Source: Octopus sinensis (lineage: Eukaryota). From it: a stretch of 64,000 nucleotides of DNA. The notes under the pieces were generated by a model. That model was not told the DNA's origin, did not search any database, and was given only the letters and a program-made list of their open reading frames with translations. Location of the stretch: positions 1 through 64,000 of the forward strand of contig NW_021833245.1 of NCBI RefSeq assembly GCF_006345805.1, in the 5' to 3' direction. The translations under genes and the position numbers were made by a program. Within the stretch, counting starts at the first letter, position 1. Each line of letters opens with the position of its first letter. Below are positions 13,045 through 25,408 of the stretch, piece by piece.

Positions 13045-13387
13045 TGAGTTCAAATTCCGCCGAGGTCGACTCTGCCTTTCATCCTTTCGGGGTCAATAAA
13101 TTAATCACCAGTTACGCATTGGAGTCGATATAATCGACTTAATCCGTTTGTCTGTTCTTGTTTCTCCTCTCTGTGTTTAGCCTCTTGTGGGTAGTAAAGA
13201 AATAGGTATTTCATGCGCTACGTTCTGAGTTCAAATTCCGCCGAGGTCGACTTTGCCTTTCAAATTTCGGGGTCGATAAATTAAGCACCAGTTACGCACT
13301 GGAGTCGATATAATTGACTTAATCCGTTTGTCTGTTCTTGTTTGTCCTCTCTGTGCTTAGACCCTTGTGTGTAGTAAAGAAATAGAT
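13045..13387 (+). mobile_element. SINE family A tandem dimer (5'-truncated)
   Basis: Two consecutive GAGTTCAAATTCCGCCGAGGTCGAC...TAAAGAAATAG bodies. Confidence 0.9.
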
Positions 13388-13426
13388 ATTGTGTTTGCTT
13401 TTCATCGACTGAGAGTCCATAAAATA

Positions 13427-13847
13427 AATACCTATTTCTTTACTACCCATAAGGGGCTAAACACAGAGAGACAAACAAGGACAGACAAACGAATTAAGTC
13501 GATTTGATCGACCCCAGTGCGTAACTGGTACTTAATTTATCGACCCCGAAAGGATGAAAGGCAAAGTCGACCTCTGCGGAATTTGAACTCAGAACGTAAA
13601 AACAGACGAAATACCTATTTCTTTACTACCTACAAGGGGCTAAACACAGAGAGGACAAACAAGGACAGACAAACGGATTAAGTCGATTATATCGACCCCA
13701 GTGCATAACTGGTACGTAATTTATCGACCCCGAAAGGATGAAAGGCAAAGTCGACCTCGGCGGAATTTGAACTCAGAACGTAACGGCAGGCGTAATACGG
13801 CTACGCATTTCGCCCGGCGTTCTAACGTTTCTGCCAGCTCGCCGCCT
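13427..13847 (-). mobile_element. SINE family A tandem dimer (head plus two bodies), inserted in an older degenerate SINE A core
   Basis: Head ends CTCGCCGCCT at 13847. The flanks TTTGCTTTTCATCG...ATAAAATAA and GATAAATAAGTACCAATT rebuild a degenerate SINE core. Confidence 0.9.
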
Positions 13848-14824
13848 CCGATAAATAAGTACCAATTGAGAATTCGGACAGATGTACTCCACATTCCCCT
13901 CCCCACAAATTTCAGGCCTTCTGTCTGTAGTAGAAGGAATTATTACGCGTTTTAGTCTAAGGACGGCTTCGAGATAATTTTGCAAAAATTTTGATTTTCC
14001 CAGGAATTTTAGTTGAAAACATTTTTACTTTTCGTCGTCTTCATTACAAGTCATTTTTTGCATTTTTGGCAGCCTTTACCATTACCTGTGGCATAAGACT
14101 GAGATTTTGACATTTATATTATATTTTTAAATCGCTGCTTCTAAGTAATTTAAAATGTCTTCTTGCTTGAGAAGCAGGAAGAGGTGCTAATAGCAAAATT
14201 AGTACGCCCATAAAAAAGTTTGTAAACGTTGCCAATGTGCCGAAAATGTCAAAAACACAAACGCACGAACGCACACACAATCACGCACAATTTAATTGAA
14301 ATGAAATGCAATACAATTCAAACAAACAGATACAGCAGGCATTTTACACTTTAAAACAGAAAAAAAAAGAGTATTTCAATTAGAGTTAATAATAAGAGAA
14401 ATAGCAGGCGTTTTATTAAAGTTGATTATCAAAACAGAGTAGTGAAATAAGGGAGCTTTTAGGAAAATAAACTACAGAGATGGAATATGTTATAAGGAAC
14501 GGACCTTTGCGTACAGAATTAGAAGAGGCGTAAAAAACAAGCAAAACCTGTCCTTGTCTATCCTGGAATAGGGACCGATACAGGAGGATTTTAAAGCCAT
14601 AGTTTAGAAGGTAGTATGGAGACTGCGGACGAAGATGTTTCCGCCAGGAAAGAAGATGGATATTATGAAAACGTGTGCTTTGGCCAAACATTTGGTTAAG
14701 GGGCTAAGGACTTGTACTACAGTATGTGGCAGGAGAAATACAGGGATATTAACGAGGGAACTCACAGTGAAGAAGACAAAAATATGAATATGTGTGTCAG
14801 TGTGCGTGTGTGTAAAATATATGC

Positions 14825-14855
<31 letters not shown>

Positions 14856-15073
14856 ATACAGCAAAATTTAGATTCAAATGAATATGGTACATAAGTAAGA
14901 TGCACTACAATTTTGTATGGTGTTATCCGTAAGCAACAAGGATAACTTCGGTAATTCGGTACGATCGTTTCACGCTACAACATTTTATTAAATGTTGTAA
15001 AACAACAGTTTTAAAATGTTGAGCAATCATCATCCATTAACAGAGGTTTTTCATTAATACATAATTTTCATAT

Positions 15074-15107
<34 letters not shown>

Positions 15108-15110
15108 AAT

Positions 15111-15380
15111 ATGTAAAAGTTAAAAAATATACAAACTGGGACAAGAACGTGAAACATTTAGAAGACGACACAAAAAACACGGACGGGACATTCGAAGCCT
15201 TCAATCTTCAGTCAAGAACCGGATCATCTTCGCAATTTCGGCTGATTAATCTTGAGATTGCTCCGACCTGGGTAGCCCCAAAGGAAAATCTAAGCCAAGC
15301 GCATTAGAATCCTTGGAAGAAAGCCTCGAACGTATACAAAACAAGAACGGAAAACGGACGATGTTACACGAATAAAAATA
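15111..15380. mobile_element. Interspersed repeat fragment following (TA)n, possibly Penelope-like
   Basis: Resembles an abundant octopus (TA)n-associated repeat (recalled, not searched); the minus strand has a degenerate CTGAAGA...CGAA motif. Confidence 0.4.
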
Positions 15381-15635
15381 CAAAAATACGTAAAAACAAT
15401 AATACCGTGACCGACCAGGCTATCAGATACTACTACAAAAAAAATATTAGTTAAGAATATGATCGTTTCTTTTGGTGAAATAACAATTATAAATGTGTAT
15501 GTGTGGCGGAAGTGGAAGAAGAACATCAGAAGGCGCATAACAACACAACCAAAGCCGGACAATTGTTACTGCGAGAGCATCACTACTTTCAAATGTAATG
15601 ATTTCTCAAACAAATGTCCTCATTTTCACTTTCAG

Positions 15636-15721
15636 GAAGGGCTGACCTGGGATTCGAGGTGCCTTCATCAAGTTATAACATCTCATGGTTTGTGGAGTTG
15701 TTATATTCAGCACGATCTCCA
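15636..15721 (+). CDS. Possible internal exon, 86 nt (EGLTWDSRCLHQVITSHGLWSCYIQHDL or GRADLGFEVPSSSYNISWFVELLYSARSP)
   Basis: Acceptor CCTCATTTTCACTTTCAG and donor CCA|GTAAGT; two frames open; no family recognised. Confidence 0.3.
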
Positions 15722-15924
15722 GTAAGTCAGTTGGGGATGGAATGCCTTGCAATGTGGGAATCTTTCGATCTGTCTATCTTGGTGGCTAGAGTATATTTAG
15801 TTTTATCATAGCCCATGACTTCCTTCAAATAAAGATTCCTAATCGAAAATTCAAGATGGCGAGCTGTAAAATAATTTTCAACATACATACCGCTTTATAT
15901 CAAGTTTTTAAATTCTGCCTTCCT

Positions 15925-16110
15925 GTTTTACTTGTTTCAGGCAATGGGTTGTGGGCCATGCTTAAGAACCAGCATTAAGGGTTCAGTCAAATTCATCGAT
16001 CCCATTACTCATTTTAAATTCTAGATTTATTCTATCGATTTCTTGGCCAAACTGGTAGGTTATGGGACAGAAAAAAAAAGACAAACACCGGTTTATAAGC
16101 AGTGGTGTGC
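15925..16110 (-). mobile_element. SINE family B 3' fragment, degenerate
   Basis: TTTTACTTGTTTCAG...GGCCATGCT...ACACCGGTT matches the family B 3' end. Confidence 0.7.
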
Positions 16111-16184
16111 CATGAACATTCAGCACAAAGACACGCGTCTGTCTCATTCTCATTCTGCCCTCTCATATATTTATATATTCTTTT

Positions 16185-16474
16185 ATTCTTTCATTTTTTT
16201 TTAGTCATTTGACTGCGGCCATGCTGAAGCACTGCCTTTAGTCGAACAAATCGACTCCAGGGCTTATTGCTTGTAAGACTAGTACTAGGTCTCTTTTGCT
16301 AAACAGCAAAGTTACGGGGACGTAAACACACCATCATGGGTTGTCAAAGCCACTCATAAGGCTTTGTTCGGCCCGAAGCTATAGCAGAAGACATTTGCCC
16401 GAAGTGCCACGCAGTGGGATTGAACCGGGAACCATGTGGTTGGTAAGCAAGCTACTTACCACACAGCCACTCCT
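16185..16474 (-). mobile_element. SINE family B, internally deleted
   Basis: 3' end GTCATTTGACTGCGGCCATGCTG; head CCACACAGCCACTCCT; lacks the internal microsatellite. Confidence 0.85.
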
Positions 16475-16663
16475 AATATATATATATATACATGCATATA
16501 TATATATGCATATATATGTGCATAAATGCATATATGCATGTATGATTGTATATATATATATTCATATATATGTGTGTATATATATTCATATATATGTATA
16601 TGTACTCATTTATGTATTTTTATGCATATATATTCGTATATATAAGTATATATACACACACAC

Positions 16664-16915
16664 ATTTACTTGTTTCAGTGACATGACTGCGGTCATGCTG
16701 GAGCCCCGCCTTGAAGTCGAACAAATCAACCACAGACTTATTATTTGTAAGCGTAGTAATGATTTCATCGGTCTCTTTAAGTTACGGGGTCGTAAACACA
16801 CCAACGTCGGTTGTCAAGACATAGTTGTTGGACAAACACATACACACAGTTTCCGTCAACCATATCCGCTCACATAGATTTGCTCGGCCCGAGGCTATAA
16901 TAAAAGACACTAGCA
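16664..16915 (-). mobile_element. SINE family B fragment
   Basis: TTTACTTGTTTCAG...GACTGCGGTCATGCTGGAGC...GGCCCGAGGCTATA. Confidence 0.8.
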
Positions 16916-17521
16916 CTGGCTTCCACACGGCTTTTGTGTATCAAATTTACTCGAAAGAATGTGGTCAGATTCTTCTATAGTAAGAAATAATTGCCCCTGA
17001 AGGTCAGAGTGAGGAAAGCCAAAGATAAATGCCGATATATTTTCAGATGAGCGTTTCTCATATCTCGTCTTTAGGTAACTGAACCAAACTCATAATACGA
17101 TTTGAAATAGCAACTGTTTCATATAAGAATTACATTAAAAAAGATAAATTCCATTCGATTTGATTGCAGCATTAAAATGTAGTTTGTAAGAATGTCGACG
17201 TTCACTAAACAGACATTTTGAAATATATATTAAAAAAGAATATTCTAGTTATTACGACAAATCTATTGAAACCGAGATGCACGTTTATCAATAGAATATT
17301 TTTGATTTGTTTGGCTCGTGTAACAGTGTGGTACGAGGCTGTCTGGGGTTGAACTGTGAGGCATTTTAAAATATTTCTACAAATATTTCGATTTATGGCG
17401 TCAAAAAGATGTTAGGTTTTGAACGGGTATTTACGATAGAATTCCTGCGGAACGATATATTTGTGCTTTTCTTTGAAATTCAAAGATCACAGGACATCGT
17501 TAGACTAATATATATATATAT

Positions 17522-17563
<42 letters not shown>

Positions 17564-17704
17564 ATTGTGTGTGTATGTATATGTATTCTGTATGTACGTA
17601 TACCTAAATATATATGTGTGTGTATGTATACGTACATTTCCGTATATTAATACATGTATGTATAATACACACGCATACGTTTTTATTATATATTTCTACC
17701 TATC

Positions 17705-17736
<32 letters not shown>

Positions 17737-18364
17737 GTCTCTCTCTCTCTCTCCCTCTTTCTCTATCTATCTATATATACATATCTCTCTCTCTCTCTCT
17801 CTCTATCTATATATATATATACATATGTCTCTCTCTATATATATATATATAAATAGATATATGTATATGTATGTATGTTGTGTGAGTTTGACATTTTTGT
17901 ATATGTGAGCGATTGTGTTCGTCTTTAAATAATTTGCGTGCTCATGAGTTCTAAAGTTGTATACAATATATACATACATATATATACAAACATCATAGAT
18001 ATATATATTTCAGATACTCACATACCGACACGCGTCTCTACACACGCACTCGCGCAAAGACACACATACACACGCGCGCACACTCACTGACACATGCATA
18101 CATACACACAAGGTGTGCGACTATTGATTTCTTTTTCTCAAAATTGTGATGATCAAAGATTTTTTGCTCATTGATTTTGCGTTTTTGAAATTTTATTTAG
18201 ACGCATAAGTATATATACGTATGTACTTATGTGAATGCTTTTGCGTAGGTCTCTGTGTTCATATAAGTATATATATATATATGTGTGTGTGTGTGTATAT
18301 ATATATATGCATATATGTGTATGTATATATATATATATATATATTCGTTTATTGTCATTATTTT

Positions 18365-18779
18365 AGGTGTTTCAATCATTTGACTGTGGCCATGCTAAAG
18401 CACCTCCTTTAGTCAAACAAATTGACCCCAGAACTTATTCTTTATATGCGTAGTACTTATTCTAAGGGTCTCCTTAGCCGAACCGCTAATTTACGGAGGC
18501 GTAAACACACGAACATCGGTTGTGAAGCGATGGTAGTGGCACAAATACAGATACTCACACACACAACACACACGCAATCACACACACATATATATACATA
18601 TATATATACATATATACCACGAGATTCTTTTAGTTTCCGTCTACCTAATCCACTCAAAAGTATTGTTCGGCCCGAGGCTATAATAGAAGGTACATGCCCA
18701 AGATGCCACACAGTGGTACTGAACCCGGAACCATGTGGTTGTGAAGCAAGCAACGTACTACGCAGACACTCCTGCGCCC
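18365..18779 (-). mobile_element. SINE family B, near full length
   Basis: Family 3' end, internal (CA)/(TA) tract and head ACTCCTGCGCC. Confidence 0.85.
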
Positions 18780-18791
18780 ATTACACACACA

Positions 18792-18838
<47 letters not shown>

Positions 18839-19003
18839 TATATATATAATATATATATATATATATAATATATATATAATAGAAGTATTAAAATTACTAA
18901 GTCTCTCTAAAGGAGATTACGGCAGCGTTACTGGATATTAATAGTTATCGCCATACTAATATGGTAGTCTATAAATATAAGACTAAAGCTGTCGCTGATT
19001 AGC

Positions 19004-19046
<43 letters not shown>

Positions 19047-19564
19047 TACATACATACAAACAACCATTAATATGCGCACGCATTTCATCGAATTTTTTAA
19101 TGATGTATTTTGACTCATCTTTGCGAATATACACACGAGTGTATATATAGATGTGTGTGAATATGTCGTTACAAGAGAATCTTATGAAATATTTTACATA
19201 TATTTCACAGATTCATAAATGTCGTGTAGAAGCAATTTCCTAATTACTCTCGTTCGGTTTGGTCCAGATTCGAAACGTTGGATCTTAGAGGGTTAATTAC
19301 ATGAATATGTACGCCTATAATCAGAGATTTGATTTGAAAGTTATTAACAAGCTATAGTGTTTCTTATTACCATAAATTTGTTCCTTGCATCTTTAATTTT
19401 ACAAGTTCAACACATTCATTTTTTTGTATCTTAAACTGTATTAACCGTCCCAGAGTTTGTATATTTAAAAAATTATTGACTTGAACATTCTGTTAGTATT
19501 TCTTCATATAATAGGATACTATTCCTTATGCATGAATAGAATCTCTAAGATGTTGCCTTTTCTT

Positions 19565-19900
19565 TTTATTGCTTGCTTGATGACCTTGCTTCATGTGGTT
19601 TGGGTCATCCGAGGTTAGTGGTCTCAGAAACGTCATCATATGTACAGCCGACCAGGTCCAGTAGTGCTCTCTATCGCTGTCGGTACCCTACCAGGCCCTC
19701 TGCATCCTCGAAGGTAACGTCGACCCACTGGAGATCTTCCCCAATCACGTCTACACCATATAGGTGTGGGGGCTTGTCACGAGGCGCCTTTCAAGCCCAG
19801 TGCCTCTGCATTGAAATAGAGTAAAGCCCCGGTAGGATGATCTCACGGGACACGAATAGCTACAAGGTGGGAACGCTTCAGGTTAATGCGTGCGCGCCGC
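19565..19900 (-). mobile_element. Decayed non-LTR retrotransposon 3' end (RTE-like), copy 1
   Basis: Minus-strand translation with stops ...PPHLYGVDVIGEDLQWVDVTFEDAEGLVGYRQR*RALLDLVG...ETTNLG*PKPHEARSSS, then a short AAGC repeat and AATAAA; resembles RTE-clade C-termini (recalled). Confidence 0.5.
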
Positions 19901-20128
19901 AGGCCTTTGTTGAAAACTTGCCTCTCTTTTACTTGTTTCAGTTATTTGACTGCGACCATGCTGGAGCACCGCCTTTAGTCGAGCAACTCGACCCCGAGAC
20001 TTATTCTTTTTTGCAAGCCCAGTACTTATTCTATCGGTCTTTTTTTGCCGAACCGCTAAGTGACGGGGACGTAAACACACCAGCATCGGTTGTCAAGCTA
20101 TGCTAGGGGGACAAACACAGACACACAA

Positions 20129-20179
<51 letters not shown>

Positions 20180-20717
20180 ATACATATATACATACATACA
20201 AACAACCATTAATATGCGCACGCATTTCATCGAATTTTTTAATGTATGTATTTTGACTCATCTTTGCGAATATACACACGAGTGTATATATAGATGTGTG
20301 TGAATATGTCGTTACAAGAGAATCTTATGAAATATTTTACATATATTTCACAGATTCATAAATGTCGTGTACAAGCAATTTCCTAATTACTCTCGTTCGG
20401 TTTGGTATCGAAAACTCCAGATTCGAAACGTTGGATCTTAGAGGGTTAATTACATGAATATGTACGTCTATAATCAGAGATTTCATTTGGAAGTTATTAA
20501 CAAGCTATAGTGTTTCTTATTACCATAAATTTGTTCCTTGCATCTTTAATTTTACAAGTTCAACACATTCATTTTTTTGTATCTTAAACTGTATTAACCG
20601 TTCCAGAGTTTGTATATTTAAAAAATTATTGACTTGAACATTCTGTTAGTATTTCTTCATATAATAGGATACTATTCCTTATGCATGAATAGAATCTCTA
20701 AGATGTTGCCTTTTCTT

Positions 20718-21055
20718 TTTATTGCTTGCTTGATGCCCTTGCTTCATGTGGCTTGGGTCATCTCAGGTTAGTGGTCTCAGAGACGTCATCATATGTACTG
20801 CCGACCAGGTCCAGTAGTGCTTTCTATCGCTGTCGGTACCCTACCAGCCCCACTGTATCCTCGAAAGTGACGTCGACCCACTGGAGATCTCCCCCAATCA
20901 CGTCTACCCCATATAGGTGTGGGGGCTTGTCACGAGGCGCCTTTCAAGCCCAGTGCCTCTGCATTGAAATAGAGTAAAGCCCCGGTAGGATGATCTCACG
21001 GGACACGAATAGCTACAAGGTGGGAACGCTTCAGGATAATGCGTGCGCGCCGCAG
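20718..21055 (-). mobile_element. Decayed non-LTR retrotransposon 3' end (RTE-like), copy 2
   Basis: Duplicate of 19565-19900. Confidence 0.5.
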
Positions 21056-21079
21056 GCCTTTGTTGAAAACTTGCCTCTC

Positions 21080-21293
21080 TTTTACTTGTTTCAGTTATTT
21101 GACTGCGACCATGCTGGAGCACCGCCTTTAGTCGAGCAACTCGACCCCGGGACTTATTCTTTTTTGTAAGCCCAGTATTTATTCTATCGGTCTCTTTTTG
21201 CCAAACCGCTAAGTGACGGGGACGTAAACACACCAGCATCGGTTGTCAAGCTATGCTAGGGGGACAAACACAGACACACAAACACACACACAC

Positions 21294-21333
<40 letters not shown>

Positions 21334-21493
21334 TACGACAGGCTTCTTTCAGATTCCGTCTACCAAATCCACTCACAAGGCATTGGTCGGCCCAGGGCTA
21401 TAGCAGAAGACACTTGCCCAAGATGCCACGCAGTGGGACTGAACCCGGAACCATGTAGTTGGTAAGCAATATACTTACCACACAGCCACTCCT
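21080..21493 (-). mobile_element. SINE family B, full length (its 3' half is also duplicated at 19925-20140)
   Basis: Head CACAGCCACTCCTGC, B-box region GAACCCGGAACC, CORE-like CTTGCCCAAGATGCC, internal (TA)n and the family 3' end. Confidence 0.9.
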
Positions 21494-21918
21494 GCTTCTG
21501 TTTCTACTTTTTTACAAATTTTTTCCTCATTACAATGCACCTCATTTCGCAGAAACCATCATAGAAATATATCAGATGTATAGTTATGATATCAGTCACA
21601 TTTTGTGTAATTCCAAAGAACGCATAAAACACTTTGCAATGCTTTGTTGACGATAGCAGAGAGCATTTTGCTACGAGCATCTGTTCTAGGCATCGAGGCC
21701 AAAAGAGACTACATAAACTACTCCCATTCAAACACGAATTTAAAAGTTGAGCAAATGTTATACATTCTGCTCCTTTATCTTCCAACTAAGCTGTAAAAGT
21801 TATGAATCGGGTGTCATTTTGCCTGAAGCATTTTTTGCGCAATTGGTTCTTATTTATGCATTTTGAGCGATACGAAAGGAGACATATCGGTACTTATTAA
21901 ATAATTTAGCTACTCCTA

Positions 21919-22323
21919 GGCGTAGGAGTGGCTGTGTGGTAAGTAGCTTGCTTACCAACCACATAGTTCCTGGTTCATTCTCACTGTATTGCACCTTGGG
22001 CCAGTGTCTTTCACTATAGCCTCGGGCAAACTAAAGCCTTGTGAGTGGATTTGATAGACGGAAAATGAAAGGAGCCCGTCGTATATATATATATATACAT
22101 ATGTATGTGTGTGTATATGCTTGTGTGCCTGTGTTTGTCCCCCCAACATCGCTTGACAACCGATGCTGGTGTGCTTACATCACCGTATCTTAGCGGTTCG
22201 GCAAAAGTGATCGGTGGAATAAGTACTAGGCTCACAGAGAATAAGTCCTGGGGTCGATTTGCTCGACTAAAAAGATGGTGCTCCAGCATGGCCACAGACA
22301 AGTAACTGAAATAAGTAAAAGGT
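21919..22323 (+). mobile_element. SINE family B, full length
   Basis: GGCGTAGGAGTGGCTGTGTGGTAAG head (A-box), GCACCTTGGGCCAGTGTCTT CORE-like segment and 3' GCTCCAGCATGGCCACAG. Confidence 0.9.
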
Positions 22324-22529
22324 TTAAAAAGTAAAAGACTACTCTGGTTATCCATGCTACAGTTTCTCTAAAGTTTTCCAAGTCATAGCCAACGTTTGCG
22401 AACAAACCTAGTTTTATACAATTTTCTATTGTAGTAGTCTGTGCACAGTCTATCGCTATATATTCATACTATATGAATTTATATATGTTTATATACACAC
22501 ACACACACACACAAAATTCCAATCCTACA

Positions 22530-24740
22530 TCATTTGAGAGTGTGTAATTTTGATATTTCTGTTTCCTTGTGAACCAGTGAGATGTCCTTCATGAATGACA
22601 AGGAGTTTACAGAAAGTATAAACAACATCACAGAGAGGCTGTCCCCTTGGAATATGCCTTTGCGATACTGTATTCTATTGGTGATAGTACAGTCACTCTT
22701 TGTGTTTAATTTCAAGATGGTAGCCCACGAAGAAATCGGGTCAGCTATGGTTTTGACTATCCTCAGTGGAACGTTAGCAACTTGAAGGGATTCTAGAATC
22801 CATGGGTAGAGAACAGAGTCAAAGGTTTCCCTGTAGTCTAGCGATATTGAAAGTAAGTTCTTCCTATGCTCTCGCACCCCTGGCATCCTAGTTTTGTTGG
22901 TACATTCCCAGACTCCCTTCTTCCCAGCTGCTTGTTCTGTTGTGATAATGCTATTGGTTTCACAATGGTCCTGGATGAAGGGGTTTAAACATGCTGTATA
23001 TATCTTATACATAACATTCTGGAATGCAGTTGGCCGGTAGTTTTTTGCCATGTGGGTGGTTCTGCATTTGGGGATCAATTTTGTCTCTGCCAGAGCTAAC
23101 CAGTGTGGTATGCTACTGTTCCCAATGAGAGCTTGCTGGTAGAGATTAATAAGATGTGGTTTGATAGAAGGTTGGCTTCTTGTACCAATATCCAACAATC
23201 AAGTCTCTTCCAGGTGCTTTTCCATCCTGGAGTTTCTGGATCACAGTTGCAAGAGTTTCACCATCAGTGTTGCATGGCTTGGATGTAATGCAGGAGCAAT
23301 AACTTCTTCGCATTTCGTCCAGCCACGAATAATCTTGGTTAAATTCGTCCTCGTCACTTCAGATTTTCCTCCAGAAGAAATCTATGTCTTCTCGTGAAGG
23401 AGCTTCTGTGGTGTTTCTTGATCCTCCTCTCATGTCTCTGTATACTGCTGCCTAGTTGCGGTTAAATATTTTATTTATTGTTCTCCTCTCGATTATTCTC
23501 TTCTGATGTCGGAATTTTTTACTGACAGCGTTTAGCTCCTGCTTGAAGGTAATCAGTCTGCAGGTGAGTGTCCTCTTTTTACTCTCTCCAAACATCATTT
23601 CTATTTCGTTTACTCTCTGTTGGTGGGATGCAAAGTTATTTGCTTGTTTGCACGCAATAAACATCATTACATGACTGATGGTCTTCTGTAAACCAGTTTT
23701 TTATTCTTTGTCTTCAAAACCCATGATGGCAACTTCTTTGTTATTCCGGTTTTGTTTACTTTATGAATATCATTCATGTACTGTTTTACAGTAGTAACCA
23801 GAACACATAGGCAGGCGTTTATCTGCCGGTATGTGGTTTCATCACACTTTTGTAGATAATCATCAATTTCGTTAATAGTTTTTAAACAGTGTCTGGTGGC
23901 TTTTACATACTTTAGTAGAAAATACTGTCTCCTAAAGAGAGTCCTTCAGAGCCAAAAATATTTTTTCTCGGAAAATTTCAGTAAGGGTACATGACTGCCA
24001 TTGCTACTACAATAATCGTTGTGGTCGTGCCTGCTGATTACCATAGTCGTAGTAGGGGGACAGTGGTCAGTTGCTTGAGCCAGTAATGTAGTTTGGCTGG
24101 CAGGAACCATAGAATCTGTTGGAATGTCGCTAGCTGCGAAACCATGTGGTGGTCTTATATCATTCACGGTTTCGTTTTTGTTTATAGAGTTGGGAAGAAG
24201 GTTAATTTTCGATTTCCTAATAAAGTTCCAGTTACTAACCTTCTTTCTATGCTCTACAAATACTGTTTGTTGGCGTAGTTGCTTCGTAGTAAAATGATTT
24301 AATTCTGGATGCAGATAGTCCCAATATGATTTCAATCGTTTTATATAGCCAACAGCGGGGTTTTGTTTCGCTTTTTCGTAGCAGTTAAATAGATCATTAT
24401 TCAATTCATAACTCCAAGAGAAATGAGTTTTGTAGTTAAGGTTTCTTCTGTAACTACAGCCAGAAAGAAATTATTTACCTGTTGAGCTGTTGTTTTCGTT
24501 TTGTTCCTCGTTTTTTTTTTTGTTGTTGATGTTGTGTTCAGCCTTGTTGTCTGTAGTAACTCTCTGCATGCTAAATTCAAGTTTCAGCCGAAAATCACCC
24601 CGATCGTGAATAAAAGGCTCCCTCAATTAGTTCACCTGAAGATTCACCAGTTATTTAAGCAGGCTGCCAGTTGTGGCTCCAAAGTTGGACATAGTGTTCA
24701 TCGTAGTTTCGATAAATAGTCTCTCACGCCAAATACGCGA
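22530..24740 (-). mobile_element. Decayed R4/Dong-like non-LTR retrotransposon: N-terminal region and RT domain up to about the catalytic motif; frameshifted, 3' part missing
   Basis: ORF pieces 24404-23946 (NDLFNCYEKAKQNPAVGYIKRLKSYW...HPELNHFTTKQLRQQ), 23667-23452 and 23198-22530 (KNYRPT...YKIYT...EQAAGKKG...LDYRETFDSV...KGIFQGDSLSVMLFILSVN) carry non-LTR RT motifs. The R4 assignment is from recalled family features. Confidence 0.85.
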
Positions 24741-25144
24741 CATGTCGCTTCGAATGTATGTATGTATGTATTAGGTACGTACGTACGTATGTATATCCTT
24801 ATTCAGTTTTACATTACAATTTCTTGCCATTAGGGAAAGAGCAGGGCGACATGTCCTTCCTGGCATCTTCGTTGGGCCATTCAATTTTTCAACTTAAATA
24901 CTTGCAAAATATCTATTGCTTCTGATAACATGGTTATCTTTAACCAACAGACAAACTTGCTAAGCTCCTTATCCAACAACATATATTCCACCCATCGTAG
25001 ATATAGCCAATTGAGTACATAATTTCTGCTCCAATTCTGTGTATAAAAATAATGCGTTGTTAACAACCTGGTATACCGAACATCATCTTTTATAGACTTC
25101 TTTTGTCTTTATTTAATCGCAATATCAACTGAACACCAAACTTC

Positions 25145-25408
25145 GGATCTTTTCACTTTGACCGGCATATTTTAAAAATCTGGCAAGCAGCAGTAATTGT
25201 ATTCACCTCAATAGACGTCATTGACTGGTTGAAATTGCTGAAATACCAGAAATTAAACAAGAAATAGTTTACAAACTACATAATTTTCTCAAGAACGCCA
25301 AGAGAAAAAGATGATTTATCTGATACATTCTACCAGTATACGAAGTTTAAAAGTGTTTAGTTACAAAGATATAATTTCTAAAATCTGCCGGTCAAAGTGA
25401 AAAGATCC
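25145..25408. mobile_element. MITE with ~35-bp TIRs
   Basis: GGATCTTTTCACTTTGACCGGCATATTTTAAAAAT (25145) is the near-perfect reverse complement of ATTTCTAAAATCTGCCGGTCAAAGTGAAAAGATCC (ends 25408). Confidence 0.85.

Larger units (their letters stand above)
19040..21300. repeat. Tandem segmental duplication, ~1.15-kb unit (copies from ~19040 and ~20185)
   Basis: CAACCATTAATATGCGCACG at 19061 and 20203; the copies differ by an 11-bp indel and many substitutions; breakpoints lie in (TA)n tracts. Confidence 0.9.

Noticed and set aside
21500-21800. Possible mariner transposase remnant (HYNAPHFAET resembling HDNAxxH) and the 93-aa minus ORF
   Set aside because: Only a short weak motif; no TIRs or other transposase motifs could be identified.
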